From: an uncultured SAR116 cluster alpha proteobacterium
GTDB lineage: Bacteria; Pseudomonadota; Alphaproteobacteria; Puniceispirillales; Marisalimonadaceae
DNA length: 64,000 nt
Direction of reading: 5' to 3'
NCBI GenBank assembly: GCA_902550555.1
Contig: CACCZR010000001.1
Span: 86,191-150,190 of the forward strand
The position numbers and the translations under genes are program-made. The notes beneath the pieces were generated by a model that worked only from the letters and a program-made list of their open reading frames with translations, was not told where the DNA came from and searched no databases. Below, piece by piece: positions 1-10,463 of the stretch. The first letter of the stretch is position 1. The number at the start of each line of letters is the position of its first letter.

Positions 1-540
1 AGCAACTTTAACTGTTTCTGGAGGGTCTTGAAGATTAAATAGATATTTACCTGCATCAGAAATTTTCCAAAAAACTACAAAGTCTATATCAATGTTATTC
101 TCATCTCCTGTTATCATTTTTGATTCATCTGGTACGTCTCTTCTATTTGAGTTTCCTCCACCAAAAGCTCTATATCCTATTTCTATTTTATTTTCTCTTG
201 TTACATCTGGCGTAATTACTTTTTCAATAGGAGAAGGTAAATGATAATGAAGACCTGGCTCAGTGGTTCTAACCCATTCACCAAATCTCAAAACAACTCC
301 TTGTTCTTGTGGGTTAACTCTATAAATTCCAGTGGCCAACCATAAACCAATTAATATTAAAAAAACAATTGAAAAGCTCTTTCCACCACCAAATTTTGAT
401 GGCATGAATTTTTTAAATTTATCTTTACTATTTTTGATAATTTCATCAACGTCTGGAGGTGTTTGATTATTGGGTCTTCTTCCCCAAGGACTTTGATTGT
501 TATCATTATTGCCCCAAGGGCCTGAATTATTGTTGTTCAT
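1..540 (-). CDS. hflK: HflK (SPFH/band-7 modulator of FtsH), N-terminal part; gene continues beyond the left edge
   Basis: Reverse-strand ATG at 538-540. Translation is MNNNNSGPWGNNDNNQSPWGRRPNNQTPPDVDEIIKNSKDKFKKF...FSIVFLILIGLWLATGIYRVNPQEQGVVLRFGEW. This shows the Gly/Asn/Pro-rich tail, TM and SPFH start typical of HflK. Absent from the ORF track because it is truncated by the window edge. Confidence 0.8.
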   Translation of the reverse strand, partial: MNNNNSGPWGNNDNNQSPWGRRPNNQTPPDVDEIIKNSKDKFKKFMPSKFGGGKSFSIVFLILIGLWLATGIYRVNPQEQGVVLRFGEWVRTTEPGLHYHLPSPIEKVITPDVTRENKIEIGYRAFGGGNSNRRDVPDESKMITGDENNIDIDFVVFWKISDAGKYLFNLQDPPETVKVA

Positions 541-671
541 TTTGACACCCGAAATAGATATATGACTTAGATATTTGTTTCAATAAAAAAATTTCAACCT
601 TAATCCTTTATTTTTTTAAAAATTAAAATTATAAATTTATTTTTTTATAATATTCTCTATATGATGATATC

Positions 672-1463
672 ATGGAAAATATTAATATTAATAAATTTTT
701 AAAAATACCGAGATTTGCTAAATACGTAATACTTGTAGCAAGTGGCAAAGGTGGTGTTGGAAAATCAACATTTGCTCTCAACTTAGCATTAACTTTTCAA
801 CATTTTAAATTTAAAGTAGGTTTATTAGATGCTGATATTTACGGCCCTAGTTTACCTAAATTACTAAATACAAATAAAAAACCAAAAATTGAAAATAAAA
901 ACTTTTTACCGATTGAGGTTAATGGCCTTAAAACAATGTCAATTGGCTATTTAATCCCTGAAGAAACAGCTAATGTTTGGAGAGGGCCTATGGTCATCAA
1001 GGCAGTCACACAATTACTGAAAGATGTGGCCTGGGGAGAGTTAGATATTTTAATCATTGATACTCCTCCAGGAACAGGAGATGTGCAATTAACAATTTCT
1101 CAAAAAATTGATGTTAGTGGTGCATTAATAATAACTACACCTCAAGAATTATCGTTATTAGACGTTCAAAGAGGTATAAATATGTTTAGAAAAGTTAATC
1201 TACCTATTCTAGGGTTAATTGAAAATATGAGTTACTATATCTGTGATGAATGCGAAAAAAAACATTATATTTTTGGGAAACAATCAAGCCTTAAACTAGC
1301 TAATAATTACAATTTAGAAGTACTTGGGGAATTACCACTTAGTGAGAATTTAATTAAAAAATATGATATTCAACATCCAATCATAAAACAAAAACAAGAT
1401 GATGTGATTTTCCAATCTTTTTTTGATATAAGCCAAAAAATTATGAAAAAAATCAGAATTTAA
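672..1463 (+). CDS. apbC: Mrp/ApbC-type Fe-S cluster carrier ATPase
   Basis: 263 aa. Deviant Walker A VASGKGGVGKST, DADIYGPS and IIDTPPGTGD motifs typical of Mrp/NBP35. Confidence 0.85.
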   Translation: MENININKFLKIPRFAKYVILVASGKGGVGKSTFALNLALTFQHFKFKVGLLDADIYGPSLPKLLNTNKKPKIENKNFLPIEVNGLKTMSIGYLIPEETANVWRGPMVIKAVTQLLKDVAWGELDILIIDTPPGTGDVQLTISQKIDVSGALIITTPQELSLLDVQRGINMFRKVNLPILGLIENMSYYICDECEKKHYIFGKQSSLKLANNYNLEVLGELPLSENLIKKYDIQHPIIKQKQDDVIFQSFFDISQKIMKKIRI

Positions 1464-1464
1464 A

Positions 1465-2016
1465 TTATTTTCTATTATAGACCCAAAAAGAATGAGAAGG
1501 ATAACTTTCATTTCCTTCAACTTTCTGAATCATTTTTTTTTTCCATTTTTTCTTATCAATAAAAGGAAATGAAACTCCTTTTTTTAAATTAACATCGACT
1601 AGAGTAAGTTCAATTTGACTACAAAAATTTAAAGCTAATTTATATATTTCACCTCCTCCAAAGATAAAAATATTTTTTGTATTTTGTTCATTTTTTTTAA
1701 ACTTTTTATTAATCCAATCATTAGCTTTAATTACTGCATCTTCAAAACTTTGTACAAAATACTTATCAAATTGAATGTTATCTTTGAGGTTTTTTTTATT
1801 AGTTAAAATAATATTAGCTCTCCCTGACAAAGGTTTACCAATACTGTCGAAAGTTTTTCTTCCCATTATTAAAGGGTTGCCAAGAGTTATAGATTTTAAT
1901 CTTTTTAAATCATTTGGTAAATGCCATAACATTTTATTACCGTCACCAATAATAAAATCCCTGGAAACAGCAACAATTGCTACTAAGGGAAATTTATTTT
2001 TTTTTATTATTTCCAC
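1465..2016 (-). CDS. folA: Dihydrofolate reductase
   Basis: 183 aa. Motifs LVAIVAVSRDFIIGDGNKMLWHLPNDLKRLK...IMGRKTFDSIGKPLSGRANIILT. Sits immediately downstream of thyA. Confidence 0.85.
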   Translation of the reverse strand: MEIIKKNKFPLVAIVAVSRDFIIGDGNKMLWHLPNDLKRLKSITLGNPLIMGRKTFDSIGKPLSGRANIILTNKKNLKDNIQFDKYFVQSFEDAVIKANDWINKKFKKNEQNTKNIFIFGGGEIYKLALNFCSQIELTLVDVNLKKGVSFPFIDKKKWKKKMIQKVEGNESYPSHSFWVYNRK

Positions 2017-2020
2017 TAAA

Positions 2021-2812
2021 TTACACTGCTATTGGAGCTTTAATATGCGGATCAGGTGTATAATTTTGAAATGTGAAATCATTAAATTGGAACTCATCAA
2101 TATTTTTTCTTTTTTTATTAATAATAAGTTTAGGCAAATCTTTAGGTTTTCTGATTAATTGTTCTTTAGCTTGCTCTTGGTGATTAAGATATAAATGCGC
2201 ATCACCTAGTGTATGTACAAAAAATCCTACACCTAAATTTGTTAAATCGGCTATCATGTGTATGAGAAGAGCATATGAAGCTATATTGAATGGAACCCCT
2301 AAAAATATATCCGCACTTCTTTGGTAAAGTTGGCAAGAAAGTTTACCATCTAATACATTAAACTGAAACAAGCAATGGCAAGGAGGCAAAGCCATTCTTG
2401 AAACATCTACTGGATTCCATGACGAAATAATAATTCTTCTAGAACTTGGATCATTTTTAATTAATTCAATTGCATTTTTTAACTGGTCAACTTGAACTCC
2501 ATTATTTTCCCATGAACGCCATTGCTTTCCATAAACTGGACCTAAATTGCCTTTTTCATCTGCCCAATCGTCCCAAATGTGTACATCGTTATCATTTAAA
2601 TATTTTATATTTGTATCCCCTTTTACAAACCATAAAAGTTCGTGAACTATTGACTTAATATGAAGTTTTTTTGTGGTTAATAGAGGAAATCCTTGGCTTA
2701 AATCAAATCTCATTTGCCAACCAAAGATTGATTTTGTTCCAACACCAGTTCTATCTTTTTTAATTATACCATTATCAAAAACATTTTTTAATAAATCTAA
2801 ATATTGTATCAT
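2021..2812 (-). CDS. thyA: Thymidylate synthase (ThyA type)
   Basis: [15 protein letters not shown]...DRTGVGT...[10 protein letters not shown] (catalytic Cys)...DAHLY. Start trimmed to the Met at 2812 (MIQYLDL is the conserved N-terminus). The track ORF extends to 2857. Confidence 0.9.
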   Translation of the reverse strand: MIQYLDLLKNVFDNGIIKKDRTGVGTKSIFGWQMRFDLSQGFPLLTTKKLHIKSIVHELLWFVKGDTNIKYLNDNDVHIWDDWADEKGNLGPVYGKQWRSWENNGVQVDQLKNAIELIKNDPSSRRIIISSWNPVDVSRMALPPCHCLFQFNVLDGKLSCQLYQRSADIFLGVPFNIASYALLIHMIADLTNLGVGFFVHTLGDAHLYLNHQEQAKEQLIRKPKDLPKLIINKKRKNIDEFQFNDFTFQNYTPDPHIKAPIAV

Positions 2813-2904
2813 TTTTAGCCTCTGGATATTAATAACAAAAACTAATTTAATTGTCATTGCTCTTTAATAATTTTTGAAACTAATATATAATCATATTGTC
2901 AATT

Positions 2905-2932
2905 TTGACTATAGTAATAAACATTTTATAAA
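2905..2932 (+). promoter_or_regulatory. Sigma70-like promoter of the tmRNA gene
   Basis: TTGACT (2905-2910), 16 nt spacer, TATAAA (2927-2932), placing a start site a few nt before the acceptor piece. Confidence 0.5.
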
Positions 2933-2937
2933 ATAAG

Positions 2938-3215
2938 CTCTACGGACCCGGGGGCGGTACCCGGCACCTCCACCAAATTAGTTATGGGGGTGAAATAGGA
3001 TCGACGTGTGTAATAAAAATAAAACTTTTACTCGGCATTGTACCACCGATATCGGGCTAATTTATAGTTGCAAACGACAACTACGCTCCGGTTGCTACAG
3101 CTGCTTAGTAGCTAAAGTAACCGAAACTAAAGTCCTGTCCTCTAGCAAGGATTGGCGGGGTTGAACTACCTGGCAACAGAAACTCAAGGGCAAGACTTAG
3201 GTCTTGCCTTTTTTT
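2938..3215 (+). ncRNA. ssrA: Circularly permuted (two-piece) tmRNA gene, alphaproteobacterial type
   Basis: Acceptor piece ends ...GGACCCGGGGGCGGTACCCGGCACCTCCACCA (CCA at 2973-2975). A 10-nt spacer follows. The coding piece starts GGGGGTGAAATAGGATCGACG at 2986. GGGGGUG pairs with CACCUCC, including the G3:U wobble. The tag reading frame GCA AAC GAC AAC TAC GCT CCG GTT GCT ACA GCT GCT TAG (3070-3108) encodes ANDNYAPVATAA. The gene ends in a strong terminator. Confidence 0.9.
3188..3215 (+). terminator. Rho-independent terminator of ssrA
   Basis: GGCAAGAC-TTAG-GTCTTGCC hairpin (3189-3208) followed by a T7 run. Confidence 0.85.
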
Positions 3216-3279
3216 AAAAATTAACTGTAAAAATTGTTTTTCATTAAATATAATATATATATAATTCTAAGAGTTTAAA

Positions 3280-3768
3280 ATGGATAAAATTGATATAAAA
3301 AGCATCGATTATGACCTAATAGTCGAAAGTACACTGCGATTAGTCGTCAAGAAATCATTGGAATTAGTTAATCAAGAAGGACTGCCTGGTGATCATCACT
3401 TCTATATCTCATTTGATTCTACGCACAAAGGAGTTAAAGTTCCATCTGAATTAAAAGCTGGTGAAGATAATGAAATTAAAATTATTTTACAACATCAGTT
3501 TTGGGATTTAACTATTGATGACCAAAAGTTTTCAGTTGTTTTATCTTTTAATGGAAAGAAAAAAAATATTTCTGTTCCCTTTAGTTCTATCATTTCTTTT
3601 TCGGATCCGTCTGTTGGCTTTAGTTTACAATTTAAAAAAGACTTCATTACCCAAAATACAAAAAAAGAAAACAAAGTCATGTCCGATAGTATTAATGAAG
3701 ATAACAAGAAAAAGTTCAATGCTCAAATATTTTCATTGGACGCTTTTAGATCCAAAAAAGAAGATTAA
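3280..3768 (+). CDS. sspB: SspB-alpha, ClpXP adaptor for ssrA-tagged proteins (stringent starvation protein B family)
   Basis: 162 aa. GLPGDHHFYISF, IILQHQFWDL and FSDPSVGFSLQF blocks, as remembered for alphaproteobacterial SspB. Confidence 0.8.
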   Translation: MDKIDIKSIDYDLIVESTLRLVVKKSLELVNQEGLPGDHHFYISFDSTHKGVKVPSELKAGEDNEIKIILQHQFWDLTIDDQKFSVVLSFNGKKKNISVPFSSIISFSDPSVGFSLQFKKDFITQNTKKENKVMSDSINEDNKKKFNAQIFSLDAFRSKKED

Positions 3769-3786
3769 AATTAAAAGGAATTTTTT

Positions 3787-5388
3787 ATGAGTTTTACTTT
3801 TTCAACAATGTTTCCTATAGCCAAAGATAATACAGAATATGAATTAATAGAAAAAGATTATGTAAGCTCAGAAAATTTCCTCAATAAAAGTTTTTTATTA
3901 TTACAACCAGAAGCTCTTAGAATTATAACCGAAAATGCTCTTTATAAAATTTCTCATTTTTATAGAAGTTCTCACCTTAAATTATTAAAAAAAATTCTTG
4001 ATGATAATGAAGCATCTAAAAATGACCATTTTGTTGCATTAACAATGTTAAAAAATGCTAATATTTCTGCATCTGGTGTATTGCCTATGTGTCAAGATAC
4101 TGGAACAGCAATAATTAATGGATATAGGGGGAAAAATATCGTTACTGATTTTAATGAGGAAAAAGAATTATCAAGAGGTATATATAATAGTTATCAAAAC
4201 AATAACCTAAGATTTTCTCAGCTTGCTCCAATTTCAATGTTTGAAGAAAAAAATACTAATAATAATTTACCTGGAGAAATTAATTTATATGCTGCTGAGG
4301 GCGATGAATATAAATTTACTTTTATTCAAAAAGGAGGTGGATCAGCAAATAAAAGCTTCTTATACCAACAAACAAAAGCAATATTAAACCCAAAAGATTT
4401 AAGGAAATTTTTATATGAGATAATTATTTCGCTTGGAACCGCTGCTTGTCCACCTTATCATTTAGCAATTGTTATAGGAGGAACATCAGCTGAATTGAAT
4501 TTAAAAACTGTTAAATTAGCTTCAACAAAATATTTAGATGAACTTCCAATAACTGGAAATGAAAAAACTGGTCATGCTTTTAGAGACAGAGAATGGGAAG
4601 AAATAATTTTAAAAATGACACAAGAGATGGGTATTGGTGCACAATTTGGTGGCAAATATTATTGTCACGATGTCAGAGTTATTAGGTTACCTAGGCATGG
4701 AGCTTCAATGCCAATTGGTATAGGGGTGTCATGTTCAGCAGACCGTCAAATATTTGGGAAAATAAACTCAAGTGGAATTTTTTTAGAAAAACTCGAAACT
4801 AACCCCGCTCAATATCTTCCTGAAGTTGAAGAAAGTTTAGATCAAGAAATTGTCCAAATTGATTTAACAAGCGGTATGGATAAGATTTTAAAACAATTAA
4901 ACGAATGTAAGGTCAAAACAAGACTTAGTCTAACTGGACCTTTAATAGTTGCTAGAGATATTGCTCATGCTAAAATTTTGGAATACTTAGAAAAAAATAA
5001 TGATCTACCAGATTATTTTAAAAAATATCCAGTATATTATGCAGGACCTGCAAAAAAACCAGAAGGGTTGCCTTCTGGCTCTTTTGGACCCACAACAGCT
5101 GGAAGAATGGATAGTTATGTACCTAAATTTCAAAAATTTGGTGGGTCAATGGTGATGCTTGCAAAAGGAAACAGATCGCAAGTAGTTGTTGATTCATGCA
5201 AAGAATTTGGAGGTTTTTATTTAGGTTCAATCGGCGGGGTTGCAGCAAACGTAGCTCAAAATTCAATCAAAAAGGTTTCTGTTTTAGAGTACCCTGAATT
5301 AGGAATGGAAGCGGTTTGGAAAATAGAAGTTAAAGATTTTCCTGCATTCATCGTAATTGACAATAAAGGAAATGATTTTTTTAAATAA
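3787..5388 (+). CDS. fumA: Class I (Fe-S dependent) fumarate hydratase
   Basis: 533 aa. [10 protein letters not shown] motif and fused alpha/beta architecture (…[11 protein letters not shown]…) typical of FumA/FumB. Confidence 0.9.
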   Translation: MSFTFSTMFPIAKDNTEYELIEKDYVSSENFLNKSFLLLQPEALRIITENALYKISHFYRSSHLKLLKKILDDNEASKNDHFVALTMLKNANISASGVLPMCQDTGTAIINGYRGKNIVTDFNEEKELSRGIYNSYQNNNLRFSQLAPISMFEEKNTNNNLPGEINLYAAEGDEYKFTFIQKGGGSANKSFLYQQTKAILNPKDLRKFLYEIIISLGTAACPPYHLAIVIGGTSAELNLKTVKLASTKYLDELPITGNEKTGHAFRDREWEEIILKMTQEMGIGAQFGGKYYCHDVRVIRLPRHGASMPIGIGVSCSADRQIFGKINSSGIFLEKLETNPAQYLPEVEESLDQEIVQIDLTSGMDKILKQLNECKVKTRLSLTGPLIVARDIAHAKILEYLEKNNDLPDYFKKYPVYYAGPAKKPEGLPSGSFGPTTAGRMDSYVPKFQKFGGSMVMLAKGNRSQVVVDSCKEFGGFYLGSIGGVAANVAQNSIKKVSVLEYPELGMEAVWKIEVKDFPAFIVIDNKGNDFFK

Positions 5389-5394
5389 ATAATT

Positions 5395-6543
5395 TTAATG
5401 ATAATGTAAATTTGATCTATTTAATTGATCAATTGAAGTACATCCCATTAATTTCATATCTCTGATAATTTCATCTCTTATTAAATTAAGTGCTCTTTCA
5501 ACACCTTTTTCACCTGCAGAAGCTAAAGCATATAAATAAAGTCTTCCACCCGCACAAGCTTTTGCTCCAACAGAAAGTGCTTTGAGAACATGTGTTCCTC
5601 TTTGAATGCCTCCCTCACAAATGACATCAATTTTATCTCCAACTGCATCTACAATTCTTGCCAATTGATCAAAAGGTGAAACAGCACCATCAAGTTGTCT
5701 TCCACCATGATTTGATACAATTACTCCAGTGCAGCCTATATCAATAGCTCTTTTAGCATCTTCAACACTTACAACTCCTTTAAGTGCAAAATGTCCTCCC
5801 CATTTTTTTCCAAGATCCTCCGCATCCTGCCAATTCATTGATTGATCAAGCATATTAGTGAAATAGTCACCAATTGAAGTCATCGCAGACGTCCCTGCTC
5901 CCACATAATCTTGCAAGTGAGGAAGTTCAAATTTTGGACTCGTTATATAATTAATGCCCCAATAAGGCTTTAAAATAAATTCAATTAAACTATTAAAGGT
6001 AAAACGTGGTGGTATCACAAATCCTGTTCTTAAATCTCTTTCTCTATTTCCCCCAGTGATAGTATCGACAGTTAAAGCAAGAACATCAAACTTTGCCGCC
6101 TTTGCTCTTTCTAACATACTATTATTTAAGCCTCTATCTTTATGAAAATAAAACTGAAACATTTTTGGCGATGATGAAATTTTTGATACTTCCTCTACAC
6201 TCACTGTTCCAAGTGAAGATACACCGAACATAGTACCAAATTTATCTGCTGCTTTTGCAACAGCCCTCTCACCTTCATAATGAAATAATCTCTGTACAGC
6301 AGTTGGTGAACAATACACAGGCATTTCAAGTTTTTTTCCAAAAACAGTAGTTGAAATGTCAACATCTTTAACTCCACGTAAAACGCTAGGGATTAAACTA
6401 ACATCATCAAATGAAGATGTATTTCTACGGTAGGTGACTTCATCATCAGCAGCTCCATCTATATAATTATAAATAGGAGAAGGTAGCTTAGATTTAGCAA
6501 GACTTCTAAAATCTTGAAAATTGTAGCATCTTTTATAACTCAT
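5395..6543 (-). CDS. lldD: FMN-dependent alpha-hydroxy-acid dehydrogenase (L-lactate dehydrogenase type)
   Basis: 382 aa. VSNHGGRQLDG and the TIM-barrel FMN-binding pattern. The symbol is by family resemblance. The substrate is not provable from sequence. Confidence 0.75.
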   Translation of the reverse strand: MSYKRCYNFQDFRSLAKSKLPSPIYNYIDGAADDEVTYRRNTSSFDDVSLIPSVLRGVKDVDISTTVFGKKLEMPVYCSPTAVQRLFHYEGERAVAKAADKFGTMFGVSSLGTVSVEEVSKISSSPKMFQFYFHKDRGLNNSMLERAKAAKFDVLALTVDTITGGNRERDLRTGFVIPPRFTFNSLIEFILKPYWGINYITSPKFELPHLQDYVGAGTSAMTSIGDYFTNMLDQSMNWQDAEDLGKKWGGHFALKGVVSVEDAKRAIDIGCTGVIVSNHGGRQLDGAVSPFDQLARIVDAVGDKIDVICEGGIQRGTHVLKALSVGAKACAGGRLYLYALASAGEKGVERALNLIRDEIIRDMKLMGCTSIDQLNRSNLHYH

Positions 6544-6552
6544 GTAATATAA

Positions 6553-6678
6553 TTAGCCTTGTCTAGCTTTAAACCTAGGGTTTTTTTTATTAATCACGTA
6601 AAGTCGACCTCTTCGCCTTACAACTTGGCAATTTCTATCTCTAACTTTAAGTGTTTTAAGTGAACTAACTACTTTCAT
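6553..6678 (-). CDS. rpmJ: 50S ribosomal protein L36
   Basis: 41-codon ORF below the track threshold: [41 protein letters not shown], the non-zinc alphaproteobacterial L36 form. Confidence 0.9.
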   Translation of the reverse strand: MKVVSSLKTLKVRDRNCQVVRRRGRLYVINKKNPRFKARQG

Positions 6679-6725
6679 AACAACCTCAGGTGTTTCAATA
6701 TAATAATAATTGGATTAGGTCAAGA

Positions 6726-7283
6726 TCAATTATTGTAACTAACATTACAACCACCAATACCACAATATCCATTTGGATTTTTTAAAAGATATTGTTGATG
6801 ATATTCTTCCGCATAATAAAAGTTTTTAAATTTTTGTATCTCTGTTGTTATTTTTGGAAATCCACTATTTAATAATAATTTTTCATATTGTTTCTTGGTT
6901 GATTTCGCTAAATCAAATTGTTTTTCATTTGTTGTAATTATGATGGATCTGTATTGTGTTCCAACATCATTTCCTTGTCTCATTCCTTGAGTTGGATTAT
7001 GCCCTTCCCAAAAAACTTTTATAAGCTGAAAAGTATCTATTTTTTTTGGATTATAAACAAGTTTAACAACTTCAGCATGATAAGTTTCTCCATAACATAT
7101 GTCTTTATATGTTGGATATTTTGTATTGCCAGCAGAGTAGCCAACTGCTGTAACATAAATCCCATCTCTACTCCAAAAAAGTTTTTCAGCTCCCCAAAAA
7201 CAACCCATGCCAAAATATATGACTTCTGAATCTATTGGTTGATAATCAATTGACTTTTTATATACGTTATTAAATATATTCAT
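6726..7283 (-). CDS. msrA: Peptide methionine (S)-S-oxide reductase
   Basis: 185 aa. Catalytic GMGCFWGAEKLFW motif. Confidence 0.9.
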   Translation of the reverse strand: MNIFNNVYKKSIDYQPIDSEVIYFGMGCFWGAEKLFWSRDGIYVTAVGYSAGNTKYPTYKDICYGETYHAEVVKLVYNPKKIDTFQLIKVFWEGHNPTQGMRQGNDVGTQYRSIIITTNEKQFDLAKSTKKQYEKLLLNSGFPKITTEIQKFKNFYYAEEYHQQYLLKNPNGYCGIGGCNVSYNN

Positions 7284-7370
7284 ATCTCATATATATAAAG
7301 ATGAATTATAAGTTTCAACAATTATCAAAATTAACTTGAATAAATTATATTTACCTCTAATAAGGCGATT

Positions 7371-9245
7371 ATGACAAATGATATTTATGGAATAGAAAAA
7401 TGGGGGAAAGATTTTTTCAAAATACTAAGTAATGGAAATCTAGGTTTATTAAATCCTCTTAAAATAAATAGTAAAGCTGTAGACCTCACCAAAATAGTAA
7501 AAAAGCTAAATCAAAAATTATCTCCTCCTTATATTATTCGTGTTTCCGATTATTTAGAATTTATGATTAATGAAATTAATGAGAATTTTAATAAATCTAT
7601 TAAAACAATAGGGTACAAAAATAAATTTAAGAGTGTATATCCAATTAAAGTCAATCAACAATCTCAGGTTATAAAAAAAGTAGTAAAATATAGTAAAAAA
7701 TTTAATTCAGGTTTAGAAGTTGGTTCTAAAGCTGAATTATTAATAGCTTTAAGTCAGAATTTAACTAAAAATGCATTAATTGTTTGTAATGGAACAAAGG
7801 ATGAAGAATTTATAAAGTTATCATTACTTTCAAATAAAATTCATATGAAAACTATTATTGTAATTGAAAGTCTTAAAGAACTAAATTTGATTATCAAATT
7901 ATCTCAATCACTAAATATAAAACCTCTATTGGGCATAAGAATAAAATTAACTAATTTAATTAGTGGGAAATGGTCTCAATCAAGTGGTGACAGAAGTGCT
8001 TTTGGCCTTCCCGTAGATAAAATCACTGAAGCTCTCACTAATTTAAAAAAAAATAAATTATTAGATTGTTTAATTCTTCAACACTCTCACTTGGGAAGTC
8101 AAGTACCTGACATTATAGAAATAAGAAAATATACCCAAGAAGCTTGTAGATTTTTTATTGAAATTTCTAATTACGGAGCACCGTTAAAATATATAGATTT
8201 GGGAGGAGGTCTAGGTGTTGATTATACTGGAGAAAATAAATCCAAGTTTAATTCTATAAATTATTCTATGGAGGAATATTGTACTAATATAATAGAAACC
8301 CTTAAACTTGAATTTGATAAAGCAAAAGTTAAACATCCTATAGTAATTACAGAATCAGGAAGAGCGACTGTAGCTCCAAGCTCTATCTTGGTTTTCAATA
8401 TTCTAGATACAACCATTTTTGATGTGAAATCTTGCCCTGTGTCAAATAAAAAAGACCATATTTATTTATCTTATATGATTCAAATCTTAAATTACATTAA
8501 TGAAGATAAAATACAAGAATGCTTTAATGACCTAAATTATTATAGAGATGAATTGAGAATTTTATTTAGAAACGGCCAAATCAATTTGTCAGAAATTTCT
8601 AAGATTGAAAAAACATATTTATATGTCTTAAATCGTATTAAAACATTTGTGGAAGAAAAAAAATTAAATTCTAATCCAATAGCTAGTAAACTGAAGAATT
8701 TAGCTGATATATATCATGGAAATTTTTCATTATTTCAAAGTTTACCCGATATGTGGGCTATAGATCAATTACATCCAATAGCACCAATTCAAAAACTAAA
8801 TCTTAAACCTAAAAAACATGTCATTCTTAATGACATCACTTGTGATAGTGACGGTATGATTTCAAAATTTGTCTTAAATGATGGAATAAAGGATACATTA
8901 CCAATACATGAAATAAAAAAAAATGAGCAATATTACTTAGGTGTTTTCTTCGTTGGGGCATATCAAGAAACTTTAGGTGATCTTCACAATCTATTTGGTG
9001 ACACAAACATATCCACAGTTAAATTAGAAGAAAACGGTAAATTTAAAATTGTACATGAACAAATCGGAGACAAAATATCACAAGTTTTGAATTATGTTGA
9101 ATATTCATCAAGTAATATTTTAAAAACATTTTCAGAAAAAACTAATAAATTCTACAGAGAAAAATTAATTAGTAACAAAGAAAAAAATCAATTGTTAAAA
9201 AATTTTAAAGCGTCTATAGATGGATATACATATTTTGAAAATTAA
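7371..9245 (+). CDS. speA: Biosynthetic arginine decarboxylase
   Basis: 624 aa group IV PLP decarboxylase. YPIKVNQ (PLP Lys) and DLGGGLGVDY motifs, long SpeA-type length, first gene of the polyamine operon. Confidence 0.85.
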   Translation: MTNDIYGIEKWGKDFFKILSNGNLGLLNPLKINSKAVDLTKIVKKLNQKLSPPYIIRVSDYLEFMINEINENFNKSIKTIGYKNKFKSVYPIKVNQQSQVIKKVVKYSKKFNSGLEVGSKAELLIALSQNLTKNALIVCNGTKDEEFIKLSLLSNKIHMKTIIVIESLKELNLIIKLSQSLNIKPLLGIRIKLTNLISGKWSQSSGDRSAFGLPVDKITEALTNLKKNKLLDCLILQHSHLGSQVPDIIEIRKYTQEACRFFIEISNYGAPLKYIDLGGGLGVDYTGENKSKFNSINYSMEEYCTNIIETLKLEFDKAKVKHPIVITESGRATVAPSSILVFNILDTTIFDVKSCPVSNKKDHIYLSYMIQILNYINEDKIQECFNDLNYYRDELRILFRNGQINLSEISKIEKTYLYVLNRIKTFVEEKKLNSNPIASKLKNLADIYHGNFSLFQSLPDMWAIDQLHPIAPIQKLNLKPKKHVILNDITCDSDGMISKFVLNDGIKDTLPIHEIKKNEQYYLGVFFVGAYQETLGDLHNLFGDTNISTVKLEENGKFKIVHEQIGDKISQVLNYVEYSSSNILKTFSEKTNKFYREKLISNKEKNQLLKNFKASIDGYTYFEN

Positions 9246-9256
9246 ACGAGGTTATT

Positions 9257-10462
9257 TTGAATAAAGTTCTCGTCATTGGTGCAGGTGGAGTTTCGTCAGT
9301 AGCCATACACAAAATGGCTCAATTATCTAGTGATTTCAAAGAAATAACTTTAGCAAGTAGAACAATTAATAATTGTAAAAAAATTCAAAAACAAGTTAAA
9401 GATAAATATAATTTAGATATAAATATTGAAGAATTAGATGCAGACAACATTTCTGAAACATCAAAGATTATTTCAAAATACAATCCTGAATTAGTTGTAA
9501 ATCTAGCACTGCCATACCAAGATCTAAACATAATGGAAGCTTGTTTAAATGAAAAAGTTCATTACTTAGATACTGCGAATTATGAACCACGAGATGAAGC
9601 AAAATTTGAATACAAATGGCAGTGGGAATTACATGATAGATTCAAAGAAAAAAGTTTAATGGGATTACTTGGCTCAGGTTTTGATCCAGGTGTAACAAAT
9701 GTCTATACAGCTTATATTAAAAAACATTATTTAGATGAAATTCATTATTTAGATATTTTAGATTGCAATGGTGGTGATCATGGACAACACTTTGCAACTA
9801 ATTTTAACCCAGAAATAAATATAAGGGAAATTACTCAAAAAAGTAAATTTTATAAAAATGGGAAATGGATAACTGGAGATCCATTATCTAAAAAAATTGA
9901 ATTTGATTTTCCAGAAGTTGGTAAAAGAAATATGTACCTTATGTACCATGAAGAACTTGAAAGTTTAGTAAAAAATTTTAGTGATTTAAAACAAGCGAGA
10001 TTCTGGATGACATTTGGAGACCAATACTTAAATTACCTAAATGTCTTACAAAACGTCGGCCTAACTTCGATTAAACCCATAAATTTCAAGAACATGGATA
10101 TTATACCTCTTGAGTTTCTAAAAGAGGTTTTACCAGACCCAAAATCGTTAGGAAAAAATACAGAAGGTAAAACTTGTATAGGCACAATAATTAGTGGCCT
10201 TAAAAACAATAAACTTAAAACAATTTACTGTTATAATGTTTGTGATCATAAAAAATGTTTTGAAGAAGTGGAAAGTCAAGCTGTATCCTACACAACCGGA
10301 GTTCCAGCAATGATAGGATCATTATTGATGTTAAAAAAAACTTGGTTTAAACCTGGTATTTGGAATTTAGAACAATTTGATCCTGATCCTTTTATAAAGT
10401 CTCTAAATCTATATGGATTACCTAATAAGACTGTTATATTAGATGAACCTCTAGACTTCTAA
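9257..10462 (+). CDS. Carboxy(nor)spermidine dehydrogenase/synthase (saccharopine dehydrogenase-like)
   Basis: 401 aa. Rossmann start MNKVLVIGAGGV. TTG start with GAGG 7 nt upstream. Adjacent to nspC as in the alternative spermidine pathway. Confidence 0.8.
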   Translation: MNKVLVIGAGGVSSVAIHKMAQLSSDFKEITLASRTINNCKKIQKQVKDKYNLDINIEELDADNISETSKIISKYNPELVVNLALPYQDLNIMEACLNEKVHYLDTANYEPRDEAKFEYKWQWELHDRFKEKSLMGLLGSGFDPGVTNVYTAYIKKHYLDEIHYLDILDCNGGDHGQHFATNFNPEINIREITQKSKFYKNGKWITGDPLSKKIEFDFPEVGKRNMYLMYHEELESLVKNFSDLKQARFWMTFGDQYLNYLNVLQNVGLTSIKPINFKNMDIIPLEFLKEVLPDPKSLGKNTEGKTCIGTIISGLKNNKLKTIYCYNVCDHKKCFEEVESQAVSYTTGVPAMIGSLLMLKKTWFKPGIWNLEQFDPDPFIKSLNLYGLPNKTVILDEPLDF

Positions 10463-10463
10463 A

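Noticed and set aside
1775-2867. Track ORFs 1775-2158(+), 2470-2658(+) and 2673-2867(+), antisense to folA/thyA
   Set aside because: The opposite strand encodes unmistakable DHFR and thymidylate synthase. The antisense translations are low-complexity Leu/Ile/Phe/Lys strings typical of AT-rich shadow ORFs.
3495-3790. ORFs 3495-3719(-) and 3515-3790(+) overlapping sspB
   Set aside because: They lie inside the well-supported sspB frame and have no motifs or ribosome-binding sites, so they are shadow ORFs.
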